Assembly: GCA_036149055.1 (NCBI GenBank) | Contig: JAYZQJ010000204.1 | Location: 19,174 to 83,173 of the forward strand | Direction: 5' to 3' | Origin: Myxococcota bacterium | Lineage (GTDB): Bacteria; Myxococcota_A; Polyangia; Polyangiales; Sandaracinaceae | DNA: 64,000 bases | Part shown: positions 35,401 through 44,172 of the stretch, one piece after another | Layout: every line of letters begins with the position of its first letter | Numbering within the stretch: the stretch's first letter is position 1 | Made by a program: the position numbers and the translations under genes | Notes under the pieces: model-generated | Database searches by the model: none | Told to the model about the DNA's origin: nothing | What the model saw: the letters and a program-made list of their open reading frames with translations, nothing else

Positions 35401-37144
35401 GACCTATCTGGTCGAGGCGATCGTGTGGCGGGAGGACGGCTGGATCGACTCCGCCGAGCTGCGGGTCGAGGTCGACCGCGACGTGGTCATCGAGGCGCCG
35501 GTGCCGCCGCTCGCGCACCGGGGCGACGTGCTCTCGGTGCCTCTCCGGGTCAGCAACCGGGGCGACGCCCCCCGCGCCCTCGCCATCGGGCTGCTCGGCG
35601 ACGCGGCGCTGGACATCGAGGACGGCGCGCGCACCGAGGTGACGCTGGCGCCCGGGGAGGCGGAGGTGGTGCGGGTGGAGGTGCGGCCCACGCGGATCGG
35701 AGAGGGTCGGCTCACCGCGGTGGCGCTCGACGCGGCGTCCGGGGAGACGCTGGACGCGGTGCGCCGCCCGGTGCAGGTGGTCGCGCCGGCGCGGCGGGTC
35801 GAGCGTGAGCGCACCGGGCTGGCCGCCGGCGACGTCACCCTCGCGCTGGAGGTTCCGGCGGGAGCCGATCCGCGCGACGGCCGCGTGCGGCTGGTGGTGG
35901 GCCCGGCGCTCTTCCCCGCCGATGGCCCGTCCGATCCCTGGGCGGCCTGGGCGCCCCCTCCGGGGTGGACCGGCGCGGCGCGCGCGCGGAGCGGGGGCGC
36001 GGTGGAGCGGGCCTTCGCGCTCGGGGCCCGGGTCCGGCGGGGCCTCGACCACGCCGCCGGGGCGAGCCGCCGGGAGGCCGCCGCGCTCACCCGCGCGCTC
36101 TCCGCGGAGTCCGGGGGACAGACGGAGGGCTCGCCTGCGCAGCTCCGCTTGCGTGCGTGGGCGCTCCTCGGGCTCTCGCCCGCGGCGCGAGACGACGCGC
36201 CGGCCGACGTGCGCGCGATCCTCGACGGGCTGCGGCGCGACGTCGCCTCGGGCGCGATGCTGCGCACCGACGACCCGGCGTCCTGGGTGGTCGCGGCGGC
36301 CGCCCTGGGCTGGAGCGGCGGAGACCGCGAGCGGGTGGCGGAGCTGGTGCGCCGCCTCGAGCGTCACGCGGTCGAGGTCGGCGAGGATCGCTGGCTGGTC
36401 ACCGAAGGCAGCGTGGCCCGCGCGACCCTCCTCTGGGCGATGGCGGAGCTGTCGCTCGACCGCCGGCAGCGCGCCTTCGACCTTCTCTCCACCGTCGCTC
36501 GCTTCGCGGCGTCCGGGCACGCGCTCGACGCGGAGGAGCGCGCGCTCGGGCGCGCGGCGATGGGGCGCCTCTTGGATGGAGCGCCGCCCACCGAGGCCGA
36601 GGTCTGGATCGACGGCGAGCGGCAGACGGTGACCCTCACCGGCGGGGCGGCCGAGGTCGACGCGCCGGCCCTCGCCCGACCGGGCGCGCACGAGGTGCGG
36701 GTGCGGGTGGCCGAGCGGGCGCCGCTCCACGTCGCGGCGAGCGCTCGCTACGGCGTGGCCTGGGAGGCCGCCCCGCGCGGTCCGTTCGGCCTGGAGGTCC
36801 GGGGCGCGACGCACGGCCTCGACGAGACGGCCGAGCTGGAGCTGGTCCTCCGCAACCGGCTCCCGCGCACCGTGCCCGCGGTCGAGGTCCAGGTCGGGCT
36901 GCCCACCGGCGCCGAGCTGACGGAGCGCGAGCGGCAACGGATCGGCGTGCCGGTCGAGCGCGGGGGCGGCGTGCTCACGCTGCATCTGCCCGCCATGAGA
37001 CCCGGACAGACCCGCACCGTCCGGCTCCCGCTCCGCTGGTCGGTGGCCGGACGGCTCGAAGGGCTCGGCGTGGCGGCGTGGGCGGTGGACCGACCGGATG
37101 GCGTGTCGGTGCTCGCGCCGCGTGTGGTGGAGGTGTCCCGATGA
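32477..37144 (+). CDS. Alpha-2-macroglobulin-like (MG2/A2M domain) secreted protein A, no thioester motif
   Basis: Signal peptide ...LLLLAPAPALA|Q; MG2 TDRRLYEPGEPV; RPRWTVGDTA; A2M VRERFPPTLLF...PLADAVTTYLVEA; PPLAHRGDVLSVPLRVSN; C-terminal VGLPTG; no CxEQ. Start 32477 (GTG) or 32462 (ATG). Confidence 0.8.
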   Translation: MTTLRFVFGLLLLAPAPALAQPTGYELALQGSDVLHAGRTAVFRGVAYRVHGLAELRPQGGDVEARLRWSEGERPSTSWVTARADAAGRFRLELPVPEAALDPSPVLEVRVGGEAGRRFSFPVRVAPALDVLLRTDRRLYEPGEPVHAWALVRDAASGAPARDVPVELRLTGGALPPTMHALRTSEAGVVHLELRVPERAPESGQQIALRIEGQLQQRATFRVGTRTSERLFATVETPDAAVTPGASTTVSVSVTTPSGAPVSGATVRLTIEDEVLTGSTGDDGVARLEVRAPAHFEHRSGHVSVQAEVEHPAHGAVTAWGALGLAVPLALRVEVVPRHGGLVPEIDDALYVRLIEGTSGPPAEGTEVTVRGPAIQGGSFTGASDAHGLVEVPVRLPLGAASSLDGAPETTVTVDVAGPLERTTEASIPVLRDVEVAPVVGDVVMDPGGAIEVRLLRRPAWRRAGVRVELLDGQAPLDWVVTRADRVRLTPPPGRLGVLHVRARVLHEDETLDGVGALAAVLVRPPDPDEARLSSARPRWTVGDTAQLTLHTGAGGPRRWAALLVRDLAAHGGEEPFRASFLGGAFERAVRAPTGPASERLLRAALAAHAVADPATQPAPPLTDALGLPEEGAATDAARERGTLRDPFPLARELERRGAFDAMRALESALEQALSEGGLDAITTGAGARRRFRDDLLAAQTRLRTLGDEPLTPSILEDAVPGFDYEAVARRVARARLVRLMAALARYLDPGDDAPVAARMASREPSERWLGRMVERGVIAQTDLDDPWGGRFTLRASRAPLLVLGAAATALELVSPGPDGRPGTRDDVRDPFARVVPAATPYAIASGEDALMRQLAMISPLARTLEALREAYRRTLAEMAEELIGDAVAGGYSEGSLGLGGLGTVGHGRGGGGSGYGSGSGYGRMGRRGRIRVGSAGLAGVVRERFPPTLLFRPALVVDADGTTELAVPLADAVTTYLVEAIVWREDGWIDSAELRVEVDRDVVIEAPVPPLAHRGDVLSVPLRVSNRGDAPRALAIGLLGDAALDIEDGARTEVTLAPGEAEVVRVEVRPTRIGEGRLTAVALDAASGETLDAVRRPVQVVAPARRVERERTGLAAGDVTLALEVPAGADPRDGRVRLVVGPALFPADGPSDPWAAWAPPPGWTGAARARSGGAVERAFALGARVRRGLDHAAGASRREAAALTRALSAESGGQTEGSPAQLRLRAWALLGLSPAARDDAPADVRAILDGLRRDVASGAMLRTDDPASWVVAAAALGWSGGDRERVAELVRRLERHAVEVGEDRWLVTEGSVARATLLWAMAELSLDRRQRAFDLLSTVARFAASGHALDAEERALGRAAMGRLLDGAPPTEAEVWIDGERQTVTLTGGAAEVDAPALARPGAHEVRVRVAERAPLHVAASARYGVAWEAAPRGPFGLEVRGATHGLDETAELELVLRNRLPRTVPAVEVQVGLPTGAELTERERQRIGVPVERGGGVLTLHLPAMRPGQTRTVRLPLRWSVAGRLEGLGVAAWAVDRPDGVSVLAPRVVEVSR

Positions 37145-40100
37145 AGCGCGCGATCGTCAGCCTCCTGCTCCTCTCGGTGACCAGCGCGGCCCACGCGCAG
37201 GAGACCCGGCGCCGCGTGCCGCGCGGCGAGGTGACCGGACTCGAGATGGGGATCGACGGAGCCCTCACCGCCACGCCGGGGGCCGCCCTGGAGTGGTTCG
37301 TCAGCGTCTACGAGGTCGTCCAGCGACGGGATCTCCGCCCGGCCGCGAACGTGACGCTGACGGCGACCGGCTCGCACGCGCCCGGCGCGCCGCTGACGAC
37401 GGTGCGGACCGACGCGTCGGGGCGCGCGCACCTCGTCATCCCCATCCCCGCCGACCTGGAGCACGGCTTCCATCTGCAGGTGAAGGCGGAGAGCCCTCGC
37501 CGGGTAGAGCGCACCTTCGACGTCGACATCGCGCTCGCGCCGCGCTGGCGCGTCGAGGCGCTCGTCGACCGCGAGTCGATCGCGCCCGGCGGCGAGGTGC
37601 TCTTCCTCGGCCGGGTCGTCGGCCGGGCCGACGGGCGCCCCATCGCGGGCGAGGCGGTCACCATCACCGCCTCGCAGGGCGGCGCGCGGACGCGGGCCGA
37701 CGTCGCGGCGCACACGGACGCGGCGGGGGTCTTCTGGGCCAGGGTGCCCGCGCTCGACGCGCCGGGGCCGCTCCGGGTGCAGGCCAGCACCGAGCACGGC
37801 GGGGCGGGCGTCACGGTGACGGTCGCCGCGCCGAGCCGGCACCCGCTCTGGACCGAGGCGACGCCGGACCGACGCGTCTACGCGCCCGGCGATCGCGGCC
37901 GGGTGGCGGTCACGGTGCGCGGGATGGACGGCCGCCCCCTCGAGGGCGCCGAGGTCGACTGGGACGGTCGCGATCCGGAGGCCGAGCCCCTGCGCACCGG
38001 GCCCGGGGGCGAGGCCCGGGTGCCGCTCGACGTGCCCGCGGTGCTCGACGCGCCGTGGGCGGATCGCGCTCTGTCGATCAGCGTGGTCGTCCCGGGCCTC
38101 GGGACCGACCGGCTCGCCGTGCCCTACCGGGTCGCGCGGGTGCCGTGGGTCGCGGACGCGGTGCCCGAAGGCGGGGCGCTCGTCCCCGAGCTCGACGGAG
38201 CGGTGCACGTGCGGGTGGTCCAGTCCGACGGCGTCGCCCTCGCGCAGGCGAGGTTGACGCTCGACGCGCCGCGGCTCGGCGGCGCGCTCCAGGCCACCAC
38301 GGACGACGACGGGGTCGCGCGCTTCACCGGCACGCTCCGCCCGGGCCGCGCGCCCGACGCCTGCGGAGGGCCGACGTTCATCGCCGCCAGCCTTCGTCAC
38401 GACGGTCACGCGCAGTCCTTCTGCCTGCCCGTCGATCCCGACGCGACGCTCACGCTGCGCGGGGACGCCGACGGCGCCTTCGTGATCGCCCGACGGAGCG
38501 AGGTCGCGCGGGTCCCGGTGGAGGTCACCGCGCTCGTCCGCGAGGGCGACGCGTGGCACCCGATCGCCCGCACCCTCGTCGCGCCGGGCGTCTCTCGCGG
38601 CGCGCTCGCGCTCGAGACGATCGGTGAGGTCTGGTTCCGCGCGCGGCCCCTGCTGGAGTCCGGCCGCGCGGTCCGCGGCGGCGGCGACCTGGTGGTCCGC
38701 GCTCCGGACGCGGGCGCGCTCACGCTCTCGGTCGAAGCAGGGAGCGCGCGCGTCGACGGCGGGCCGAGCGCGTTCGTCGTGGCGGTCCCGCCCGCGCGGG
38801 CCAGGGCCGCGCGCGCCGCCCTCCAGGCCTCGCTCTCCCCGCTCGCGGCCGCGCTCGACGAGGGGCGCAGCCCCGGCTTCGTCGCGATGCTCGCCGCCGC
38901 GCGCACGCCGGAGGACGTCTCCGCCACCGCCAGCCTCCGCGAGGGCACGGTGCTGCCGCAGCCGATGCCCGAGGTGCCGGTCGAGCACGGCCTGCTCCGC
39001 GACCCGTGGCGCACGCGGGCCCGCTTCGTGCGCGGCCGGGTGGGGCGCATGCTCCGCGCGGTCGAGGCGTACGTGGACGCGGCGGTGCCCGGTCATCTCG
39101 AGGAGGTCGCGGTGCGAGAGCGCGGCGGCTGGCGCTTCAACCACGCCATCCTCGACGCCGCGCTCCGCCGCACCGGCACCGGGCCGGAGGGCGCGGTCTC
39201 GCTCGACGGCGAGCCCCTCGACGCGGCCGCGCTCACCAGCCTCGACCGAGCCTTCACGTACGACGCGGTCGCCCGGCGGGTCACCCGTGAGCGGCTCTTC
39301 CGCGTGCACCTCTTCCTCCGCGACCTGATCCTCGCCCGGGGGCTCGACCGCGCCTGGGCCCTGCGCGGGGATCCCTCGACCCTGCTCGTCGGCCTGCTCG
39401 AGGCGGAGGACGTGCCCTGGCAGCACGACTGGCCCCAGCGCGAGCACCTCTACGACGCGTGGGGCCACCCGCTCGTCCTGCGCCCGGTCCGGGGCCGCGC
39501 GCGCTTCACCTTCCTGGAGCCGGTGCGCGGCTGGGAGCTCGTCAGCGCCGGGCCCGACGGCCGCGCCGGCACCCGAGACGACATGGTCGACCCGTTCGCG
39601 CGCGTGCTGCCCGACGGGGTCTACGCCGAGGCGGTGGGCGAGGAGACCTTGCTCGCGCGGCTGAACGGGGTGGCGCTCGGGCGCGCGACCGCGGAGGAGC
39701 TCGCCGAGATCTTCGGCGCGTCCGACGGGGGGAGCTGGACCGAGGCGCCCGAGGCGCCCCGCGCGGTCGCGCTGCCTTCGCCGCTCCCCATCACCGAGGC
39801 GCGCGCGCCGTTGCCTCCGGCGCTGCAGGCGATCGGCGGCCCGGCGGACGCGCTCCGCTGGTCTCTCCCGGCCGGCCGGCGCGAGTGGGTCGCGATCGCG
39901 GCCCGCTTCGACCCGAGCGGCGCGGTGCGCACGAGCGAGCGCCGCTTCGAGGCGGGCGCCCCCTGGACCGCGCACCTCGAGCTGCCCGAGAGCCTGCGCC
40001 CCGCCGACACGCTCCGGGTGCCGCTGGTGTTGACCCGCTTCGCCGAGGGCGCGTCCCCCGAGGTCGTCGTGCGGAGCCGGGGCGCGGTGGACGCGCGGCG

Positions 40101-41664
40101 GGACGGGGACTTCGTGGAGCTCGTCGCGCGCCGCGCCGGCTTCGCCGACGTGGAGGTGATCGTCGGCCCGCCCGAGGCCCCGATCGGCCGCTTCTCGCGG
40201 CGCCTCCGGGTCGTGCCCGAGGGGGGGCTGCGCGCGCGCCACGCCGGGGCGATCGTCGACGACGAGGTCACGCTCGTGGCCCCGGTGCCCGACGGAGCCA
40301 CGCCGTGGCGCGGACGGCTCGTGGTGGGCGCGCCGTCGGCGATCGCGTCGGACCCGCGCCTGGCCGGGGCCAGCCCCGCCGCGGCGCTCTGGGGGCGCGC
40401 GATGACCGGGCGCCCAGTAACGGAGGGCGCAGTGACCGAGGGCGCGGTGACCGAGCGCGCAGTGACCGGACGCGCAGGGGACGACGCGCTCGCCCGCCGC
40501 CTGGAGCGAGACGCGGCCGACGGGCTCTCGCGGCCGTTCGAGCGCGCGTGCGCCCTGGCGCTCTGGACCCTCGAGGACTCGAACGAGCCCGCGCGCAGCA
40601 CGCTCGCCGGCGCGCTGCGCTCCGATCCCGGCGCGTCCCTCGCCGAGCGCGCCGCGGTGCTGACCGCCCTCGCCCCGGCGGCTCCGGCCGGTCCGGCGAG
40701 CGGCGCCGACGCGATCGGGCATCTCCTCGCCCGGTTGAAGAGGGACGGCTGGCGCACCCTGGCCGAGGCCACCGACCAGCCCGACGTGATGGCGCGCATG
40801 GCGGCGGCGCTGCTGCTCGTCGACCGCGACGACGTGCCCGGCCGGGCGCTGCTCGAGCGCGTCCAGGGCGCGCTGCGCACCGACGACGCGGGGCGGGCCT
40901 GGGTGCCCGACGCGGAGGGCCGACCGTCCTGGCCCGGCACCCTCGCCGGCGCGATCGCGGCCCGTCAGGCCGGCGACGACGCGCTCGCGGATCGGCTGGT
41001 CCGGGCCGCCGCCACCCGCTTCCACCTCGGCGCTCGAACGGCCGAGGCCGCGTTCTGGGCCATCGCGGCGAGCGTGTACGGCGGCTTCGGCGTCGAGGAG
41101 CCGGAGGAGGTCCGGGTGACCGTCGACGGCGCGGCCCGGACCCTCGCCCTGACCGGCGGGGTGGCCACCCTCGACGTGCGGGCCGGCGCCCGCGTCACCG
41201 TGCGGGCCGCCGCGCCGGTCTGGGCCTGGATCGAGTCGCGCTACCTCGTCCCCTGGGCCGAAGACGCCGACGCGCCGCTCGGGATCGCGATCGAGGGGGT
41301 GGTCGGCGCGCTCGGCGAGCGGGCGGGGCTGGAGCTGCGGCTGGAGGCGCGCGCCGAGGTCGTCGACCCCGTCCTCGAGCTGACCCTCCCCGCCGGCGCC
41401 ACCTTCGACGAGAGCGCGCGGCGAACGCTGGAGGGCGCGCCCGGCGTCACGTCGGTGCGAGGGCCCGACGGCGCGCGGGTGATCCGGCTGCGCCTGACGA
41501 CCTTGCCCGAGGGCGCGGTGCGCCGGCTGCCGCTCGCCTTCCGCTGGACGGCGGCGGGAGAGAGCCGCGGCTTCGACGTCGCCGCGTTCTCCGCCCGCGA
41601 GCCGACCCGGATCTGGCGCAGCCCCGGCCGCGCCGTCCCCGTGCCCGAGGAGACCGAGCGATGA
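37141..41664 (+). CDS. Alpha-2-macroglobulin-like secreted protein B, paralogue of A, no thioester motif
   Basis: ATGA overlap; signal MKRAIVSLLLLSVTSAAHA; VDRESIAPGGEV, PDRRVYAPGD, VPEGGALVP, LELPESLRPADTLRVP, LTLPAG; collinear with the upstream gene. Confidence 0.75.
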   Translation: MKRAIVSLLLLSVTSAAHAQETRRRVPRGEVTGLEMGIDGALTATPGAALEWFVSVYEVVQRRDLRPAANVTLTATGSHAPGAPLTTVRTDASGRAHLVIPIPADLEHGFHLQVKAESPRRVERTFDVDIALAPRWRVEALVDRESIAPGGEVLFLGRVVGRADGRPIAGEAVTITASQGGARTRADVAAHTDAAGVFWARVPALDAPGPLRVQASTEHGGAGVTVTVAAPSRHPLWTEATPDRRVYAPGDRGRVAVTVRGMDGRPLEGAEVDWDGRDPEAEPLRTGPGGEARVPLDVPAVLDAPWADRALSISVVVPGLGTDRLAVPYRVARVPWVADAVPEGGALVPELDGAVHVRVVQSDGVALAQARLTLDAPRLGGALQATTDDDGVARFTGTLRPGRAPDACGGPTFIAASLRHDGHAQSFCLPVDPDATLTLRGDADGAFVIARRSEVARVPVEVTALVREGDAWHPIARTLVAPGVSRGALALETIGEVWFRARPLLESGRAVRGGGDLVVRAPDAGALTLSVEAGSARVDGGPSAFVVAVPPARARAARAALQASLSPLAAALDEGRSPGFVAMLAAARTPEDVSATASLREGTVLPQPMPEVPVEHGLLRDPWRTRARFVRGRVGRMLRAVEAYVDAAVPGHLEEVAVRERGGWRFNHAILDAALRRTGTGPEGAVSLDGEPLDAAALTSLDRAFTYDAVARRVTRERLFRVHLFLRDLILARGLDRAWALRGDPSTLLVGLLEAEDVPWQHDWPQREHLYDAWGHPLVLRPVRGRARFTFLEPVRGWELVSAGPDGRAGTRDDMVDPFARVLPDGVYAEAVGEETLLARLNGVALGRATAEELAEIFGASDGGSWTEAPEAPRAVALPSPLPITEARAPLPPALQAIGGPADALRWSLPAGRREWVAIAARFDPSGAVRTSERRFEAGAPWTAHLELPESLRPADTLRVPLVLTRFAEGASPEVVVRSRGAVDARRDGDFVELVARRAGFADVEVIVGPPEAPIGRFSRRLRVVPEGGLRARHAGAIVDDEVTLVAPVPDGATPWRGRLVVGAPSAIASDPRLAGASPAAALWGRAMTGRPVTEGAVTEGAVTERAVTGRAGDDALARRLERDAADGLSRPFERACALALWTLEDSNEPARSTLAGALRSDPGASLAERAAVLTALAPAAPAGPASGADAIGHLLARLKRDGWRTLAEATDQPDVMARMAAALLLVDRDDVPGRALLERVQGALRTDDAGRAWVPDAEGRPSWPGTLAGAIAARQAGDDALADRLVRAAATRFHLGARTAEAAFWAIAASVYGGFGVEEPEEVRVTVDGAARTLALTGGVATLDVRAGARVTVRAAAPVWAWIESRYLVPWAEDADAPLGIAIEGVVGALGERAGLELRLEARAEVVDPVLELTLPAGATFDESARRTLEGAPGVTSVRGPDGARVIRLRLTTLPEGAVRRLPLAFRWTAAGESRGFDVAAFSAREPTRIWRSPGRAVPVPEETER
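40402..40476 (+). repeat. Five degenerate 15-bp in-frame tandem repeats (VTEGA-like)
   Basis: atgaccgggcgccca / gtaacggagggcgca / gtgaccgagggcgcg / gtgaccgagcgcgca / gtgaccggacgcgca. Confidence 0.85.
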
Positions 41665-41795
41665 GATGGATCTGGATCGCGGCCCTGCTCACCGCCTGCG
41701 GCGCCGCCACGCCGCGGGCCGTCGCCCCCGAGGAGACCACCGCCGAGTGGACCGAGGCCGACGACGCCCCGCTCGAGGAGGACGAGCCTGAGTGA
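41661..41795 (+). CDS. Tiny acidic lipoprotein (44 aa)
   Basis: ATGA overlap, SD GAGGAG; MRWIWIAALLTA|C lipobox; mature part E/D-rich. Confidence 0.65.
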   Translation: MRWIWIAALLTACGAATPRAVAPEETTAEWTEADDAPLEEDEPE

Positions 41796-41798
41796 CCA

Positions 41799-42302
41799 TC
41801 AGAAGGCCAGGGGCGCCATCGCCCTCGGGCGGCGCGTGACCTGGAGCACGAGCGCGATCGCGAGGGCGGCGGCGAGCGCGCCGAGGGCGTCGGCGGCGAG
41901 GCCGCTCGCGAGACCCGCGAGCAGATGACCGAGCCAGGCGGCCCACCAGGCCGCGGACAGCCAGCGGGCGCGCGGGCCGAGAGGACGGACGACCTCGCGC
42001 ACCAGGAGGAAGGGGACGACCAGGTTCGGGCCCGGCGCGACCCAGCCCCAGGTCGTCCAGCGCGGGTCCATCGCGCGAGCGCTCCCGAGGTTCTCGTAGA
42101 CGCGGCGCAGCCACGCGATGAAGGCGAGGGCGGTCAGCGCGAAGGCGACGCTCCGCAGCGTCGACTCCCGGAGCCACGCCGCGCTCAGCGGCTCCGGCAG
42201 CGTCCCCGCCAGCCGCCGGGCGACGTCGAGGAGGCAGAGCCCGAGCTGGACGGCGAGCGCGGTGGCGGCCGCCCGCGCGCGCCACGCGGGACAACGGTGC
42301 AC
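41799..42302 (-). CDS. DUF4328-like membrane protein
   Basis: FIAWLRRVYENL...WTTWGWVAPGPNLVVPF...AWWAAW; start uncertain (42302-42374). Confidence 0.65.
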   Translation of the reverse strand: MHRCPAWRARAAATALAVQLGLCLLDVARRLAGTLPEPLSAAWLRESTLRSVAFALTALAFIAWLRRVYENLGSARAMDPRWTTWGWVAPGPNLVVPFLLVREVVRPLGPRARWLSAAWWAAWLGHLLAGLASGLAADALGALAAALAIALVLQVTRRPRAMAPLAF

Positions 42303-42372
42303 GACGATCGATGTAGCGGATCTCCGGGCCTGGGGCTTGTCGAGGTCCGGGAACACACCCATCTTCGATCTC

Positions 42373-42669
42373 ATGGCCGGTGGGGATCTCTACTGTCCCC
42401 GGTGCGACGAACGCGTCGGGGTCCTGCGCGAGTGGGGCGGATGGAAGTGGTGCTGGCGCGTCTGGATCGTGGGCGCGGTGGTGATGCTCGCGGCCACGCC
42501 GTTCCTCGCCTACGACTTCTGCGTGATGATCCCCTGCATGATGCTGTACCTCGTGGCGGGCAGCTCGCTGCGCATGCTCGCGAAGCAGAGGCCGGTCTGC
42601 CGACGCTGCTCGCTGGAGCTGACCGAGGGCACCTTCAGCGGCGAGCCGCTGCGCAGCCGCAAGGCGTGA
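42373..42669 (+). CDS. Small membrane protein with split zinc ribbon (CxxC-hydrophobic-CxxC)
   Basis: YCPRC...two hydrophobic segments...VCRRC. Confidence 0.7.
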   Translation: MAGGDLYCPRCDERVGVLREWGGWKWCWRVWIVGAVVMLAATPFLAYDFCVMIPCMMLYLVAGSSLRMLAKQRPVCRRCSLELTEGTFSGEPLRSRKA

Positions 42670-42716
42670 CCCGAAATAGCCCGTGACGTGACGGCGCTTC
42701 GGCCGTAGGTGTGCCC

Positions 42717-44090
42717 ATGATGGGCTACGACTACGACCTCTTCACGATCGGCGCGGGCTCCGGCGGCGTGCGGGCGAGCCGGATGGCGGCGCGAGCCGGC
42801 GCGCGCGTGGCGGTGGCCGAGGAGCGCTTCCTCGGCGGCACCTGCGTCAACGTCGGGTGCGTCCCCAAGAAGCTCTTCGTCTACGCGGCGCACTACCGCG
42901 AGGACTTCGCCGACAGCGCGGGCTTCGGCTGGACGGTCGGCGACATCGCCTTCGACTGGGCCACGCTGCGCGCCAACAAGGACGCGGAGATCGCGCGGCT
43001 GAACAAGGTCTACGAGCGCCTCCTCCACGGCGCGGGCGTCGACATCCTCGCCGGCCGCGCCACCGTGATCGACCCGCACACCGTCGAGGTCGTGCTCCCC
43101 GAGGGGCCGAAGCGGGTCACCGCCGAGCGCATCCTGATCGCCACCGGCGGCCGCGCGGTGCGCCCCGAGGAGCCGGGGACCGATCGCGCCTGGATCAGCG
43201 ACGACGTGTTCTACGCCGAGACCCTGCCGAAGCGGCTGCTCGTGGTCGGCGGCGGCTACATCGCGCTCGAGATGGCCTCGATCTTCCACGGCCTCGGGAG
43301 CGACGTCACGCTCACCTACCGCGGCCCGCACCCGCTCCGCGGCTTCGACGACGACGTGCGCACCTTCGTCTGCGACCAGCTCAAGGCCAAGGGCGTGAAG
43401 CTCCACCTCAACACCAAGGTCATGTGCCTCGAGGAAGGAGAGGGCGGCGCGATCGACGCCGTCTACGACCACGAGGAGGTGGAGACCTTCGACGCCGCGC
43501 TCTACGCGATCGGGCGCCGCCCCAACACCGAAGGGCTCGGGCTCGAGGCGGCCGGCGTGACCCTCAACGAGCGCGGCGCGGTGGTGGTCGACGACTTCTA
43601 CCGGTCCAGCGTGGAGAGCATCTTCGCGCTCGGGGACGTGACCGACCGCGTCCAGCTCACCCCGGTGGCGATCGAGGAGGCGATGGCCTTCGTCGCCACC
43701 CAGTTCCAGGACACGCCGAAGACGCTCGACTACGCGCACATCCCCACCGCGGTGTTCTCCACCCCGCCGCTCGCCTGCGTCGGGCTCACGGAGGCGGACG
43801 CGCACGACCGCTACGGTGACGTCCACGTCTACACCAGCGAGTTCCGGCCGCTGAAGCACACCCTCAGCGGGAGCCAGGAGCGCTGCTTCATGAAGCTCGT
43901 CGTCGAGCCCAAGAGCGACCGCGTCCTGGGCGTGCACATGGTGGGCGCGGACACCCCCGAGATCGTCCAGGGTTTCGCGGTCGCGCTGAAGTGCGGCGCA
44001 ACGAAGGCCCAGCTCGACGCCACCGTGGGGCTGCACCCGACCGCGGCCGAGGAGCTGGTGACGATGCGCGAGCGCCGCCCCGACGAGTGA
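42717..44090 (+). CDS. gor: Glutathione-disulfide reductase
   Basis: YDYDLFTIGAGSGG, GGTCVNVGCVPKK, GGGYIA, LTPVAI, IPTAVFS, HPTAAEE. Confidence 0.95.
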   Translation: MMGYDYDLFTIGAGSGGVRASRMAARAGARVAVAEERFLGGTCVNVGCVPKKLFVYAAHYREDFADSAGFGWTVGDIAFDWATLRANKDAEIARLNKVYERLLHGAGVDILAGRATVIDPHTVEVVLPEGPKRVTAERILIATGGRAVRPEEPGTDRAWISDDVFYAETLPKRLLVVGGGYIALEMASIFHGLGSDVTLTYRGPHPLRGFDDDVRTFVCDQLKAKGVKLHLNTKVMCLEEGEGGAIDAVYDHEEVETFDAALYAIGRRPNTEGLGLEAAGVTLNERGAVVVDDFYRSSVESIFALGDVTDRVQLTPVAIEEAMAFVATQFQDTPKTLDYAHIPTAVFSTPPLACVGLTEADAHDRYGDVHVYTSEFRPLKHTLSGSQERCFMKLVVEPKSDRVLGVHMVGADTPEIVQGFAVALKCGATKAQLDATVGLHPTAAEELVTMRERRPDE

Positions 44091-44172
44091 ACCCGCATTC
44101 ACGGCTCCGCGCCGGGAGACCTCGGATCTGCCCCGGTCGAATGGCTGGATCGCCTTTCGCAACACCGAGGGT

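Noticed and set aside
35965..37140. Upstream extensions of ORFs in the track (35965, 50193, 53477, 54268, 55356, 57752, 6948, 7436, 9958)
   Set aside because: Arg/Gly/Ala-rich off-frame read-through of the previous gene; real starts are at stop/start overlaps or signal peptides.
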